Shown here: one piece after another, positions 1-13,011 of the stretch | How positions within the stretch are numbered: the stretch's first letter is position 1 | Layout of the letters: each line of letters starts with the position of its first letter | DNA from: Podarcis filfolensis | Lineage: Eukaryota | Length of the DNA: 64,000 nucleotides | Strand: one strand, 5' to 3' | Assembly: GCA_964270895.1 (NCBI GenBank) | Contig: OZ185435.1 | Notes under the pieces: model-generated | Told to the model about the DNA's origin: nothing | Seen by the model: the letters and a program-made list of their open reading frames with translations, nothing else | Database searches by the model: none | Position numbers and translations under genes: made by a program

Positions 1-330
1 AAAACAATACAGTAAAACAGAAAAAAGAAAAACAAAAACATTTAAAAACACATTCAATATTTCCATATCTTTATCTTTCATTTACTTGTTTCATCGACCT
101 CCTCACACCTCCCTTTTTTTTGTATTCTAGTTCAATTAGCTGTTTCAGCAAATCCTTTCCATCTTACTCAATTTTTGTTCCATAATTTATCTTAACCCAA
201 TCTAACCTTAAATTTTCCACTTTGACCCATTAACAATCTATTTTTACTTAATTCTTTATAACCTTTCTGCTAAAGCCATGTAACTTCATTCCAGCATCCT
301 TCTAACATTCCTTAATTTTACATGCTGTAG
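1..330 (-). mobile_element. L1 LINE 3'UTR fragment, cut by the window edge
   Basis: The reverse complement shares ordered blocks (GAATGTTA, ATTTGCTGAA, GAATACAAAA, GGGAGGYGTGAGGAGGTC) with the 3'UTR that follows the L1 ORF2 stop at 38149. Confidence 0.75.
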
Positions 331-815
331 AGTTTAAGCTTTTTAATTCTTTTGACAACACTTGCAAAATGTTCACATACATGCAGACAGCTTTATGTAC
401 ACCATCCCAGAAATAAGGGACGGGCAAGCGAGATACATACTCCTTTATTTTGCAATATTTATATACCGCTTGAACGGTGGTAAAATGGCTCTGTGGTAAC
501 TGCCTGACTTTGCAGTTCAGCCTTGATCACTGTAAGCGTGAACTCGTACAACACTGCAGCGTCTTGCAAAATGAAGCATACTTTCCATGGCCTGTGTAGC
601 AAGAGCCACCTTTAAGTAGTCATCTGAGCCTGAGTCATACTGGACACTCACGAATCTGCAGATGTTAGGTCTGCAGTATTTCTTCTTTTCAAGGATTAAA
701 TACTGCAAGCTACAGTGGTGGCAATAAAGGAAATGAAAAAGAAAATGGCTTAGATTAACCTTAAGAGGAACCATGTTGCCTGTCTTCTTGCAATTTGGCT
801 TCCTTTTCTCCCTAG

Positions 816-840
816 TCCAGATGTCAATTTGACATCTGGA
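816..840. repeat. Perfect 12+1+12 bp palindrome TCCAGATGTCAA-T-TTGACATCTGGA
   Basis: Read directly; the arms 816-827 and 829-840 are exact reverse complements. Confidence 0.95.
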
Positions 841-1165
841 AACATTGGATTTCTAGTGCCACATTTACTGCTAAGCTAGAACCCTATAGCTTTGCTTAGA
901 AATAATGTAATTATGCTGTTTAGTGTGTGTGAAGTTTTCTAGCAGAAGTATGAAGCACTGTTGCTATTGTTAGAATGGTGTTTTGGAACTTTGAATGTAA
1001 TATCATTACTGAGGACTAGAGTCCTGCTAAATGCAGGCTTATCCTTCTCTTTGCTTTCTTACTAAAATATAAAAAAATTGGAAAACTCATCCTTTTATAT
1101 AGTGCATTTTGAATGCTTAAAGCACTTCATGTACTTTCGCTTTGTAATTCTTTTAACAACCTTAT

Positions 1166-1351
1166 AAGAAGATGAGTTTGGATTTGATATCCCGCTTTAT
1201 CACTACCCTAAGGAGTCTCAAAGCGGCTAACATCCTCCTTTCCCTTCCTCCCCCACAACAAACACTCTGTGAGGTGAGTGAGGCTGGGAGACTTCAGAGA
1301 AGTGTGACTGGCCCAGGGTCACCCAGCAGCTGCATGTAGAGGAGCGGGGAA
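1166..1351 (-). mobile_element. Squamate CORE/MIR-like SINE, 5'-truncated
   Basis: GAGTTTGGATTTGATATCCCGCTTTATCACTACC...GTCACCCAGCAGCTGCATG matches from memory an abundant lacertid SINE. The family name was not verified by search. Confidence 0.7.
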
Positions 1352-1924
1352 ACGATTTTTATTGTATTTTCAATCATAATAAAAACTGACTTGAAACTAT
1401 GGCAGCTAGTTGTTTTCCACCCAAAAGAATATCCAAAGTAGCTTAAGGAAATGCTGATACATAAGAAATTTTTCACAGTGCTGCCCAAAGTCCCTAGACC
1501 TGTAAGTCCCTCCAAAGGTTGTCTCCTTTGGTCATTGTTCAATTTACTTCAGAACATTTTCAGGTGCCCTTAATAGGAATCTAATTTGGCACATTCATTT
1601 TACTTTTTGTTTAGTAAACAGGACTCAAGACTCTGAAACTACCAAGCGTGCCTAATATTGTATTTACAATTCACATCCATTCCTTGTTACTAAATAAACT
1701 TGAGGAAACAGGGGGGAAATGTGGAAAAATAATGGGCTGGGAAAATTTCCACTCCACATCACTACTGAAAAGCCATTAGTGGTAGGGGCCAGGTGAGCCT
1801 CCCTAGGGAGATGAGCACTTCTGGGAAGGTTCTCTCTTCAGGTAGGCATAATAAAAGTTCCTCTTTTTTTTGGAAGAGATTTTTGGGAATATTCTGTCCT
1901 GGGTTTTGCCTACTGCAAAGGGTA

Positions 1925-2030
1925 GTCTGGTCATCCCTTGCCATTGGCTATGCCTATTGGGGCTCTTGGGAGTTGTAGTTCACCTCTGGAGGGCCAAAGG
2001 TTCCCCACACCTGATTTAGAGCCATCCTTT
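1925..2030. mobile_element. Palindromic hAT-like MITE remnant (family also at 11598, 20034, 22399, 56350, 58437)
   Basis: CATCCCTTGCCATTGGC...TGGGAGTTGTAGT...CTGGAGGGCCAAAGGTTCCCCACACCTG; the end resembles the hAT-type terminus CAGGGGTGGGGAACC. Confidence 0.6.
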
Positions 2031-4101
2031 TGGGGCACTGCTCTCCTTTCTTTACGCTGCTCCTTGAATTGGATGTGAATAGCAGAAGCAGCTGATCGAA
2101 ACCACCTCCACAGTTTTAGCTACTCGAGTGCCAAATTGAACTCTGGCAGTCATTAAACTCTGTGGCAGACAAACCCAGAAGGACAAGAACACCCTGAGGA
2201 GAATCCAGAAACTTTGCAAAAGCAATCAGCAGCAGCAAGGCAGCTTAAAAATTATGTGCAGATCAGAGAATCTGGAAATAAGATATATCTGCAAAGTTCT
2301 GCAAGCTGGTGGGCCCATCTCAGGATGGATAGTGCTTTTGATTGTGAATTTACAGGGCTCATATAATATTCTTTTTACTATGGCGAAGGAAGGTGAAAGC
2401 ATGTTTTATAGCTAGCATATGATGACTTGGATGCCTGGAAGCTTTCCCAGGAGTGATTCAGTATGTTTAATTGCAGTGCAAGTCAAAAGGAGACAGTGTG
2501 GTTTGTGGATGAAAGTAGCCCATACATTGGGGAATGAATCTTAAGCCACATGGAGTGTTGAATCATGTCAATGCTATATTTCATGCAAGTAAAATAAGAT
2601 AATTCATGCACTTTATGAGGAAATGGTTATGATAATAGGGGCAACAACAAAAGGGTATGATTTGGCATCAGTTGAGGACGATCCAAAATAATTTAAAGGA
2701 ATGTAACCACAAAGGAGAACAGCAAACTCCCCCTGCTATCAGAGTTCAGCCATATCTTATAATTTAGAAAATTCTGCAAAAATTACACACAGTAGTAGAG
2801 CAGGGGGAGGAATGTTTGAATGGGAGAAAAGCCCCAAATGTTACCAAATCTTTTTTCTCTCCAGAGGGGTAGCCATGTTATTTTTGTGTGGTTTAGTTTG
2901 CTCATTACGATTGAAACATTCTCAGCTGGAGTTCCTGCCTCTTGCAACTTTTGTGATGCAGTCTCTTGGCACTAGTTGTCTGCTTTAGAGATCAGGATCC
3001 AAACAATTAGCAACACATTCTTTATGCTTGATGTGTTGCTGATGCATTTGAATCCTTGTAGGTTTTGAGGTCTCTGGAGGAGGGGTGCAGTTCAGACAAG
3101 CTGTCCTCCTTCACTGCTGAACTCTTGATTATTTCCGGGTCAGATGCCTTTTAGATTCTTCGTGTGGATTGCTCCCTTTTGCTCAGAAACAGGTTGGAAA
3201 CTGGAAGTGATACTGAAGTTTCATCTTGGTTGCACTTGTACAGTAGACCTTGGGAGGATTGTGTGGTACGTCGCGCAATAAGGCTGCAATCCCATGCACT
3301 CTTATTTAGTAGCAAGCCACATTCAACACAGTGGGGCTAACCTCTGAGTAAATGTGTGTAGTCTACAACTGCAAGAGTGATAATGGAATGATAGTTAGAA
3401 CTATATCCCCATGTGTTCCCATTTCAGTTTCTATATTAGTATTTTCCCCATTTATCAGCATTTTATAAGCTTAGCCTTATTTTGTTTGACCTATAAATTT
3501 ATTGTTTAGTATAACTTATAATTTATCATTGAATTTCAGAACCTTATAACTAAGAGGTTATCCACCTTCATTAATAAGCATTCCGTTTCTAATGCAGATT
3601 GAACACAATTTTCTGCAATGTATAATTCACTTAAATAATATGTACTGAGTTAATATTCTGATTCGAGGAGAGAGGGAAGCTTTTGACAGGACAAATTCGG
3701 CCTTCCAGGGCAGGAACCTCTCCCTACCCTAAGACACATTTTGGTTCTGTATTCCAAACTTATTAGTCAATTGTAGCTAGTTATTATGTTTTATAGCCTT
3801 GAGTTTTTCTCTTTCCAAAAGATGCTTAGGAGCTCTGTTTTAATATCTGTTAAATGTTCCAAATACATTGTAAGAGGACAGATGGGAAAATATATCCAGC
3901 TAGATTTCTGTTTCTCTCTCTCTCTCTCATTCTCATAAGCTTCCCAAAGAAGCAATTTCTTAGTTCCAGCAAATACAAAGGCCAACTTGTACAGACTGAC
4001 CAGGCTTTTTACAAGTCTTTCTCTTTCCCTCAGCATCTCTCTCTTTATGGCTACTGCATTTTGATACGTATAACCGTGTGTGTGTTTTCTGACTCATGAC
4101 G

Positions 4102-4475
4102 AGGGATGGGGAGAAATTTGTGTTGTTTCACATTTTCATACAAATTCACGCTTTCTGAAACAATACGCAAACTGAAATGCAGCTATCCTTCAAAATTCAT
4201 GTTCCTTCGAATTTTCTTAATGCACTTCTCCAACCAAAGATTGTGTACAAAAATGTGGCTTGGGGGGGGGGAGGTGCGCATAAAAAACAGCACACAAAAA
4301 TGCATTTTGTTAGGGAAGATGGCTTTCAAAACTGAATATAGCAGGAGAAACACATGCTGAAATACTGATACATTTTCATTGAGACTTTTGAAAACCTGGT
4401 GTGGAAATATGTACTGGACTGAACCATGAGATTGGAAAAACGAGAGACTGAAATGGACACATTTATTCCTCCCTA
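4102..4475. mobile_element. Possible old non-autonomous DNA transposon
   Basis: Begins AGGGATGGGGAGAA and ends TTCCTCCCTA (degenerate inverted ends). AT-rich interior, no TSD resolved. Confidence 0.35.
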
Positions 4476-5956
4476 CCCGTGACACTTCTGGTTAGCGGCA
4501 GAGATTTATGGATTCCCCAGGCATGTTTTAAAAGAAAGTGAGCCAGCATTGGGGTCTGCTGGCCTGCTTTTACTTGAATTCCATTCCAAGTGCCTCTTAA
4601 CAAGGATTAGGCGTGGCATGCTTCTAGCCATTACTGCCACATGGGTTAACTTGCAGAAATGTGGGGTCAAGATTTAGGTCCCTCAGATGTAATAAGGACT
4701 GACATGAACAGCAGGAAGTGGCGTCCTGTTGTTTGTTGCTAGTTGTAGCGGGGCGGCTTCCACTATGTGCATTAGATTTTGAAGATATTCTTTGTGCTTG
4801 GGAGTTCCAATAGCTTAGCAGTCTTTCTTCTTCTTCTGATGCTTTATGCACGTGTCTTGGGGGTCATCAGCCTTATTCCCTCTAGGGGTTTATGGAGTCA
4901 GTTTGACACCACCCCCATCCTGCAGGCATCTCTTCTCCACCTCCCCTCTCCCATCCTCCAATTGCTTTTGCCTAACCCCCTTTATAAAAAGTCAGGAGTT
5001 GTTTTTCCTGCTGGGATCTGTCTTTTGCCCATCCTTGTAATAACGCAACAGAACACCACTAACATAATGGCAAACAGTTCAGGGGGAGGGCAGGGGAACT
5101 TCCCCTTGCTTGCATCAAAATTTAAAAAACAGTAGTGGGCAAAAAATAAACCACTTAACCACATATTGCCCAAGTGATGTGAAGCCAGAGCAGATGTGAG
5201 CAAGACTGATAGATACTGGATTTTTCCAGGATGAACACAATGACTTATCACCCCTTTCACATGATACTGTATGTGCAAGAACAGGCTGTATACCTAGTTA
5301 AGGGTACAAGGAGAGTTTCACACCTTCTGGAACCCCTTCTTTTCACCTAATAGATAATTTGCAGGCCCGGGGTTTAGTTTGGAGATAGATGATACCAGTA
5401 TAGATCATGAAAAATTCAAACATCAGTTGTTTAGGATTTATACATGCAAATGTGTGCTACTTTCAGTAGAGCACACCTTCAGAGCACTGCACACCTGGCT
5501 GTGCAGTCCTCTGAAAGCAACAGAGTCCAGAGATGATGAGAATCCACATATGCTGTCTGTCTGCAGTGTGTTGGTTTCGGAAGGATGCACCTCCAAATAC
5601 AGTTTCCATTGAAAGCAATGCAGTCCAGAGTTTTTGCTTGGATGATTGGTACAGTACTGGGAAACACATTTGTATGTGTGCATCCCTGATCAATAGTCCT
5701 GATTCTAAGGCAAGGTGACGGTGGAGCAGTTTTGGACTTTGAGAATGTGGTTCTAAGGTACATCCTGCATTTTGAAGTCATTTTGAAAGCTGTAAGTGAA
5801 GCTTAAAGGATCAGCTGTCTGCTTGCATACTTTCTAAGAACTCTGTGGACCTGACAGGGAAGAATACATAGGTGATATCCCTGGATCTTGGGCTGCAGCT
5901 TCTGCCTAGCAGGCACACCTGTTGCTTGCCAGCTCTACTGAGCTACCAGGCAAAAT

Positions 5957-6006
5957 CAGAAATCATAGGATCATAAGAGTTGGAAGGAACCCTGATGATA
6001 TGCAGG
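5957..6006 (-). mobile_element. CR1 LINE extreme 3' end
   Basis: ATCATAGGATCATAAGAGTTGGAAGGAACCC resembles the reverse complement of the CR1 3' terminus. Confidence 0.55.
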
Positions 6007-7524
6007 AATATGCAGTTGTCCCTTATGAACCAGTTCTTAACATGTGGGTCACAACTCATCCATCTAGATTGAAATATACTTGCCCTTTCTGTTCCCCCTG
6101 CTCCTCCATTGCTGGTTAACGAATGACTCTGGATATATTTTCTCCTCTCCTGTGTAGTTGGGATTCATTAGCTGGGAAGAGTCTTCACATTCTACTTGAA
6201 CAGTATGCGCTATATATTGTTGTTGATAAAAAAGGCAGTTCTTAGATCCCATCTGGCACTGCCATGTGGAATGAAATCATGCAACTGTCACATGCTTTTT
6301 TAAAATGGCTATTGGCTGAGTAGTCACTGTCGATGTTGAAACCTCTCTCCTTAATTAAGGCATCATCTTAAAACATGTGCATGTGCTGGCTAAGTGCTAC
6401 TGTATTTCTGAATGTGCTTATCTAGCATGTTTTTGTTCCTTTTTTCAGATCTGCTAAGTTACCCTTTCCCCCCTGTATTAACCTCTGATTTCTGAAACCT
6501 TTACTTGAAATTTGCGGTTTAAAATAACTTTGTGCTGGATGTGCATGTTCAAATGCTAATTTAATCCTGTTTAGTAAAGAAATAGATGCAAGCAGTAGCA
6601 GCAGAGCTGTTTTCCCCAATACAGGAATGTGGTATTGCACTGCTGGCATTAGATTGAAGCTAGCATGAACATAGCGGGAAGGATTAAATCTTTGTTTTTT
6701 TAATTGATGAGAAAAGCACTAAAGCGCCATCCTGGTAGCACAGGAATCGCTATTCCATTCATGTCCAAAGCCTATAAAAAGGGAAAGCAACTGTTCAGCA
6801 TCTGAATGAATTTGGCAGCAGCACTAAAAAGACATGAGCTGTGTATATACAAAGCCCCTCCAAGTAGTGAATTCCTGTCGCATGCACCAACTTTTTTTAA
6901 CTCTGAAAACCCAAAAGACCATTTTGGCAGCTGAACTGATAATCCAACTATTATTTTCAGTATACTGCAAAGTATTGTTTGGATGCATCTAGGATGGTTG
7001 GAGTGGCAAAGGAGACTTCCTCGAGTATAGAAATCCTTGTGACTCATATACTTTCCTTTCCAAGGGAAATGAAAAAAATCAAACTTCCTGGTCAGCAAAG
7101 TTGTGAAAGAAATTCACAATTTGCACAAAGATGATGGGTGCAAAATAAATAGATCTCTGTTTCTGCTTATAATGACCCCTTGTTTGCTCATCCCTTTTGG
7201 ATTATTGAAATCCAGTCATTTCAGTAAGGCAGGCTGCTTAGCATATTAGTTGACTCTTGCTACTGGCTTGTCAAAAAGCAGGGAGATTTCAGCAGAATCC
7301 TTAACTTTTTCTGCTTGGCTCCCACTTACTCCCTTCCCCAGACATTCTCGCCTCCAGTCCTGGCCCAGGTTATAACAGCTGTACATTTATCATGTAAGCT
7401 GTTCTTATGTGTAAATTTATGGATTCGATGAACCTGCTGCATTTATGCTGGGCATTCAAGTTAGGGGGGAAAGGCAGAATGTGCGGGAAATGATGAGGCA
7501 CAGAGGCTTAACCTGTTACACAGA

Positions 7525-7718
7525 GACATCGGAAGTTGCCTTATACCAAATCAAAACGTTGGCCCATCTAGCTTGCTCCTGCCTGCGCTTAATTGGGAGC
7601 AGCTCTTTAGGGTCTCAAAAGAGTCTTTTCTAGTCCTGCCTAGTTAATGGAGATCCAGGATTGAAACTGGGACCTGCATGCAAGGAAGGTGCTCTGCCAC
7701 TAAGCTACACTCCTTCCC
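7525..7718 (-). mobile_element. tRNA-derived SINE (Squam3-like), diverged
   Basis: Reverse-complement head with A/B-box remnants at about 7650-7718 and tail GGAAGTTGCCTTATACC...CCCATCTAG at about 7525-7575; homologous to 12857-13011. Confidence 0.6.
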
Positions 7719-9814
7719 CAACTGTTGATTTCCTTTTGTGCTCTTAAGCACATATAGCACCTTTGGATGGTGGTGCTGAGGCAAAGGGTGGTGTGGCCCA
7801 CTGCTGTGCAACACTCTGAGGCCTGTGATGCATTCACACCCTCTCTCTTTTCCCCTCTCCCCACCACCTCCATCCCTGGTGCTTTCCCCCCACAAAGACA
7901 ATTTTTCCTGCTAATCCCAACAATTGATCTCTTACTAGGATGTTTCCCCATGTAGTGCAGAATGCACCGTGTTGGGAAAAGTAAATGAGCTGTTTCCATG
8001 GCAGTTTACACTGCAGAGAGCAGCATCCAGTGATATATGTTCTGTAATTTATTTATATTTTTTGGCGGGGTGGGAGAAGAGGAATGACAGGGGCAATGTG
8101 ACTGAATATCCCATTTGGCTTGGCCCATAATAGGGCAGGGCTTGCTCTCCCTAGGTTTAAAACAACGAATGTGTGAGATTGGTATTATAAAGTGGTTTAA
8201 CAGCTTTCTCTTGGTAGGGTCAAGGGGTCCCACGCTGCTCCAGCCACTCCCTATGCCTTGGAGCCTTGGGTCTTTGACAGGCCCCTGTGTGTTTCTGCAT
8301 TGAATGGTTCCACCTTCCACAGCTGACAGCTCTGCTACTGCTTGTTCATGTGGATATGAGAGAGGTCTTCCACAGGACTCCTGACATGGGCGTCTGCAAT
8401 ATTTTTTTCTGGTGTGGGCAAGGGGGACCCAAAAATTAAAGGGGGGGCAGTCTGGTTTCTCACACAGAAAGGAGAATAGTGTTTGTACATTTTTGCCCCA
8501 TATATCTGACTCTTCAAATGCTAGGCACATATCCTTTTTAAAAAAATGAATGCTGGGAATAAACAGATTATGGTTTACTTGGGGTGTGTGAGAGATGTGC
8601 AGACAAGAATCTATGATGTTCCTTGTTCTCCCAGTGAGCCTCCAGTCTAAATTTTGGTTCTTCAGGAAGCGGCAATAACACACACTTAAAGAGTTTATAA
8701 AGGCATCCACTTCTTTCCCCACTTTTGTTTCTTTTTTTAGGGGCCTGAGTGGGTGGTTAGGGCAACGAGTGCAGTGGCGCTTTAAAGACTCATTGATTTA
8801 AAGTGCCATGAGCTTGAAGTGGAACAGCAAGCTTATATTCACATGGTTGACATACCTGCCCTGTTAAGTCAAGTTAACATGTTGAAGGCTGAGTTGGAAT
8901 GTAAAAACACACCTCTGCATAGTTTTGTGTTTTCCTGTTTAAGACATAAGCGGCTTATGGTTAGTGTATAGCACTTTGTTGTGAAGTTGTCTTAATGAAA
9001 GCTTCCATGGCCTTCATGAAAATTCAGTACTTTTAGTCATCTGACCAAGAAGGAAAAAATGGTCAGAACACTCACAGGTTATTTGAAGCTTTTTGCCTGC
9101 AGAAAAGGAGGGACTGAATAATTTTGCTAAGGAAAGCCTTCATCCTTAACATGTGGAAAGGTCACAAAACTCGAGAGTCTAGAAGGGGAAGGGTTGGACG
9201 CCTGCTTTTTGCCAACTGCTAAATTAACTCCAGTCATTTCTTAGCCCCTGCTGAGAGCATGAAAAACAAGGGTGTGTGTGAAGACAGGAAGCAAACTGGA
9301 AGGATGGTGGAAAGACTATAATGACTTCATGATCTAGGTATCCTTAATGTGAACTGACAGTGTTTTTAATTATTGTTGTTGTTTATATAGTGCCTCTTTT
9401 TTCTCCCTTTGTTTTTTAAAATTTCTTTTTTGTTTCCCTTCTTTGTTAAATTTGCAAATAAATAATAATAGTGAAGACAATTGTAGTGGCTGAAGTCTGT
9501 GGTTTTTGTAAAAAAACGAAACAACACAGACTAAATGGAAAATGCTGACTCAAAATAAATGGCATTAGGAATAACTGGAAAAAGACGATGTTCTCAGTAA
9601 TAACTGCATCTGTGAATGCTGAATGATTTATATGAGAAGGGTTGGCAAGACTGAGGGTGCTGTACAGTCTAAAGAAGTGTAATGTTTTGGAAGAGCTGTG
9701 TTTTTCCAAATACTGCCTCCCAATGAGGCATGTTTGTGTATCTGTGTGACTTGTTGCATAAGGCATCATCTGCACCATCCATTTAAAGCCCTGCCACATC
9801 ACTTGCAATGCTAA

Positions 9815-9980
9815 TGGCTTCCTCCAAAGAATCCTGGGAACTGTAGTTTCTTAAGGGTGCTGAGAGTTGCCAGGAGACCCTTGTTCACCTCACAGAGTTA
9901 AGAGTTGTTCCAGAGTGCTCTGAGAAAGAGGGACTGATTGTTAAATCACTCTGGGAATTGTAGCTTTGTGAGGGGAATGA
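9815..9980. repeat. Short dispersed repeat with two CTGGGAAYTGTAG motifs
   Basis: GAATCCTGGGAACTGTAGTTT...CTCTGGGAATTGTAGCTTTGTGAGGGGAAT; a related motif occurs near 56575-56620. Confidence 0.5.
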
Positions 9981-11149
9981 ACCCAATGCTTCATTATGCA
10001 TAATGGTGAGCTTATTGAAATATGTTTGGGAATTGCCCTGTTGCAGTTTCTGTGGGCAAGGCACATCTTTTCATATACACCCAGGGTGGGGTGCCCATAT
10101 AACCCCAGTGCTACAACATGTATGCTGCTTTCTTAGGTGAAGAAATGTGTTATTGGGGGCATTCCAGTCTCCTTGCACTACAGTCTGGAAAATGGAACCA
10201 CCAGCTCTTGGATCTATACAGCCACTGTTGGCATTGCATTTCTTTTTTTCCCCTCCCCCTGCCCCCTTTTGGCTTGCAGCTCTCACTTGGGGTGAAAAAG
10301 GATCCCTACGAGGTTGCATTAAGTTCTACTGCACAACATAGGCCTAAGTGTACAACTGGAGAGCACACATACATTGGTTGGGTTGGATTTCTTTTTATAT
10401 GTGATCCTGCTGAGCAGGTGAGCAGCACGTTGCCAGAATACAGTGAGCAGAATAGCTAGCAGAAAGTGACCCAATAGTGGATGCTTTTACATCAACTCCC
10501 CCCCATCCTCTCATTCTTGATTTATTATATTTATCATAATTTTCCCCAGTTACAGTAGTGTGTGTGGGCAGAAGATAGTGGAACAGGGAGGACAAGTTGG
10601 CTTAACTTTTTAATTATTTGTCCTGAGGCTCAGTTGTTTCTGTGATGGTTTTTTGCTCAGGCATCCTCCCTCTTGTTTCAAAGCAAAAAGCAGAAATTGT
10701 GGGAGTTGGGAAGAGTGATTCTCTGTTTTCTTCAGAAGCTTATAGATTGTGCACAGTCTTGATTTCACAATATACAAGCAGCTCTGCAGATTCATGTCTT
10801 GCTAGAATCTTTTTTTTATTCTCTTGAGTCTGGTAGTGCTCTAGCTTTTCCCATCTTCACAGTTGGTTAATCTCTTTTAGCCCTAGTAGTCTGCCATCCC
10901 AGGAAAAACATCTGGGAGAGCGTCTGCTACCTTGTGCAAAATTCACTGTGTGGCAGTGTGTGATGCGTGCTTATTTGTGCTATTTTGGAATGTAGGCAGA
11001 AGCTAATGCTCCTTTCTTGAGTCATGGAAATAACTTTGTTGGAAGCTGTTTAACTTGTTTGCCTAAGAAGGAACTGCTTCTCGTTATACCCTGTTTCTAA
11101 GCTCAACCTTCTAGATTTTCCAAAGTTCAAAGCTTTTTCCTACATTCCT

Positions 11150-11815
11150 CTAAGGTTTGTACTTACTTATTTTTAAAAAATTGAATCCCACCAAACAAAG
11201 CCTGCAAGGCAGCATGCAACATTATGTAGAAATAACAGTAAAACTACTGTAAAATGCCCCAAGTATCAACTTTATAAATTGGAGTCTTCTAGACAAAAAC
11301 AACAGCAAACAATATAAAAATTAGCTTTAGTGAGTCGGAATCCCAAGCTACCTAACCATTTTAGGTCTCAGATCCCAAACGTTTCACTAACAATGTAAGA
11401 AGCAGTGCAGAGCTGCCACAGCAGGCTTTAGGGGGGAGAGAGTTCCACAGTAGGGGCTGCTACAGAAAAGGTCCCGCTGCTTGTAACTACCACCTAACAT
11501 TTGCTAACAATGGGACTTGGAGCAATCCCACCTCCTCAAATGATGTTTGTGCATTCTAGGGGATAGTGTCTTCTGTGGGAGAAAGCATTCTGTAAATCAG
11601 GGATAGCCAATGTGATGCCCTCCAGATGTTTCAACCACAGCATCTCCTAGCATCCCTGACTATTGGCCATGCTGAATGGGATTGGGGGAAGTTGTGGTCC
11701 AAAACATGTTGGATACTCCTTGCCCTAAATTAACCTGGACCAAGATGTATGTCTTTATTTAGGGCTTTAAAGGTTAACACCAGCACTTTGAATTGTGCTC
11801 AGGGATAATTTGAGG
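11150..11815 (-). mobile_element. Degraded L2 LINE 3' region, interrupted by a MITE
   Basis: GAGAGTTCCACAGTAGGGGCTGCTACAGAAAAGG and AGGGCTTTAAAGGTTAACACCAGCACTTTGAATTG resemble antisense L2 blocks (compare 17115-17160). Confidence 0.45.
11598..11726. mobile_element. Palindromic hAT-like MITE
   Basis: CAGGGATAGCCAATGTGATGCCCTCCAGATGTT...CATCCCTGACTATTGGCCATGCTG...GTTGTGGTCCAAAACAT; same layout as the 20034 and 58437 copies. Confidence 0.6.
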
Positions 11816-12856
11816 ACCACTTCATTTCTTCTCAACAGTAGTGTTTTGTTCTCCCACCATGTAGTGGTGAGCACAACTGAAGTTTCTTATCCCTCTCTTT
11901 AGAACATAAGAAGAACCCTGCTAGATCAGACCAAAGGCCAGCATCCTGTTCGCCCAGTGGCCAACCATTTATAAGGGTACAATCCAGCTCCATTAAAATA
12001 AGTAGAAGTCCTGCTGCTGACTTTAGTGGGAGTCCCATTAAGATTTAAGGTGCAAGAGACAGAAGTTAGCTTGTTTGCCTTATTTCTGTATAAGTCATCT
12101 CTCTCCATGCTGGAAACTTAATTGGACTGCATTAGAGCTCCCATCCAGCGCTATAGGGCAGTCATGCATTTATTTATTTTTAGGAGTTTCCATTTGGGAA
12201 CTATAAAATGCTACTCAGCCAGTTTAATCTAATTGTAATGGTTCAACTTGGGAGTTTTTTTCTTTCCTTTTTTCAAAAACCCAGACAAACGCGATGAGGA
12301 CTGGCATGTGTCCTTGTAAACAAATTGCAGGAAAGCTGCAGCGTGGAGGTCTGTGTCTTAAACTGTGCCAAATCTCTTAATTTGTATTGTGCTCTTGACA
12401 CTCCTGCTGAAAAGGCAGAGGAGTGGAGAAAAACGGAAAGTGAGGGGGAGGGAAGAGATGAAGGGAGATGGTCTCTTTGTTGTGCCTTGTTCACTTAGCA
12501 AGGATTCCTGCATGAAATGGGGGCAAAGGAGGCCAGGGCAGCATCCTGCCAAGCCCCTGGACAACAGCAAGACAGCAGTGTTCTCCCAGTCTTTGCTTAT
12601 TTAGCTGCAATGGGATGCATCTCAGAATTTGAGTCTGAGTCAGTCCCATATAGCCATCTCCCTTGTTGAGAAAGGGAATAGCTTTGGTGAAACCAGCGTT
12701 GTTTCTTGGACTGCTGCAAGTTCCCGACTCATGAATCTGTTGATTTAGCTGGCCCGTGTGTCTTGTTTTCATCTCCTGGGAGTTGGGAAGGTAATTTAAT
12801 GTACACGGGAGGCAAACTGCAGCTCCTTTTACCATAACAAAACCAATAATATTTAA

Positions 12857-13011
12857 GGAAAGAGCTGTGGCTCAGTGGCAGAGCATTCGCTCTGCACACA
12901 GAAAGTCCCAAGTTCAATCCCTGGCACCTCCAGGTAGAACAGGAGAGAGCCCTTTCTGAAACCCTGGGTAGCTGCTGCCAGTCAGTGTAGACAGTCCTGA
13001 GCTAGATGGAC
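12857..13011 (+). mobile_element. tRNA-derived SINE (Squam3-like)
   Basis: Pol III A box TGGCTCAGTGG (12868-12878) and B box GTTCAATCC (12912-12920), then the body GCTGCTGCCAGTCAGTGTAGAC...GAGCTAGATGGAC. Confidence 0.8.

Noticed and set aside
3791-4036. 81-aa ORF with faint resemblance to an L1 ORF2 C-terminus
   Set aside because: Too degenerate to support; contains a (CT)n microsatellite.
8006-8722. Longest non-genic ORF (238 aa, minus strand)
   Set aside because: Non-ATG start, no recognisable domain, runs through a MITE head at 8385, and lies antisense within an ITGB5 intron.
631-12642. Five perfect AP-1 heptamers and two CArG boxes (1568, 8125) in the ITGB5 intron
   Set aside because: Similar AP-1 density occurs elsewhere in the window (for example 24072, 47129, 48047, 54523, 62539), and my rough estimate is 1-3 chance hits of each motif in 18 kb.
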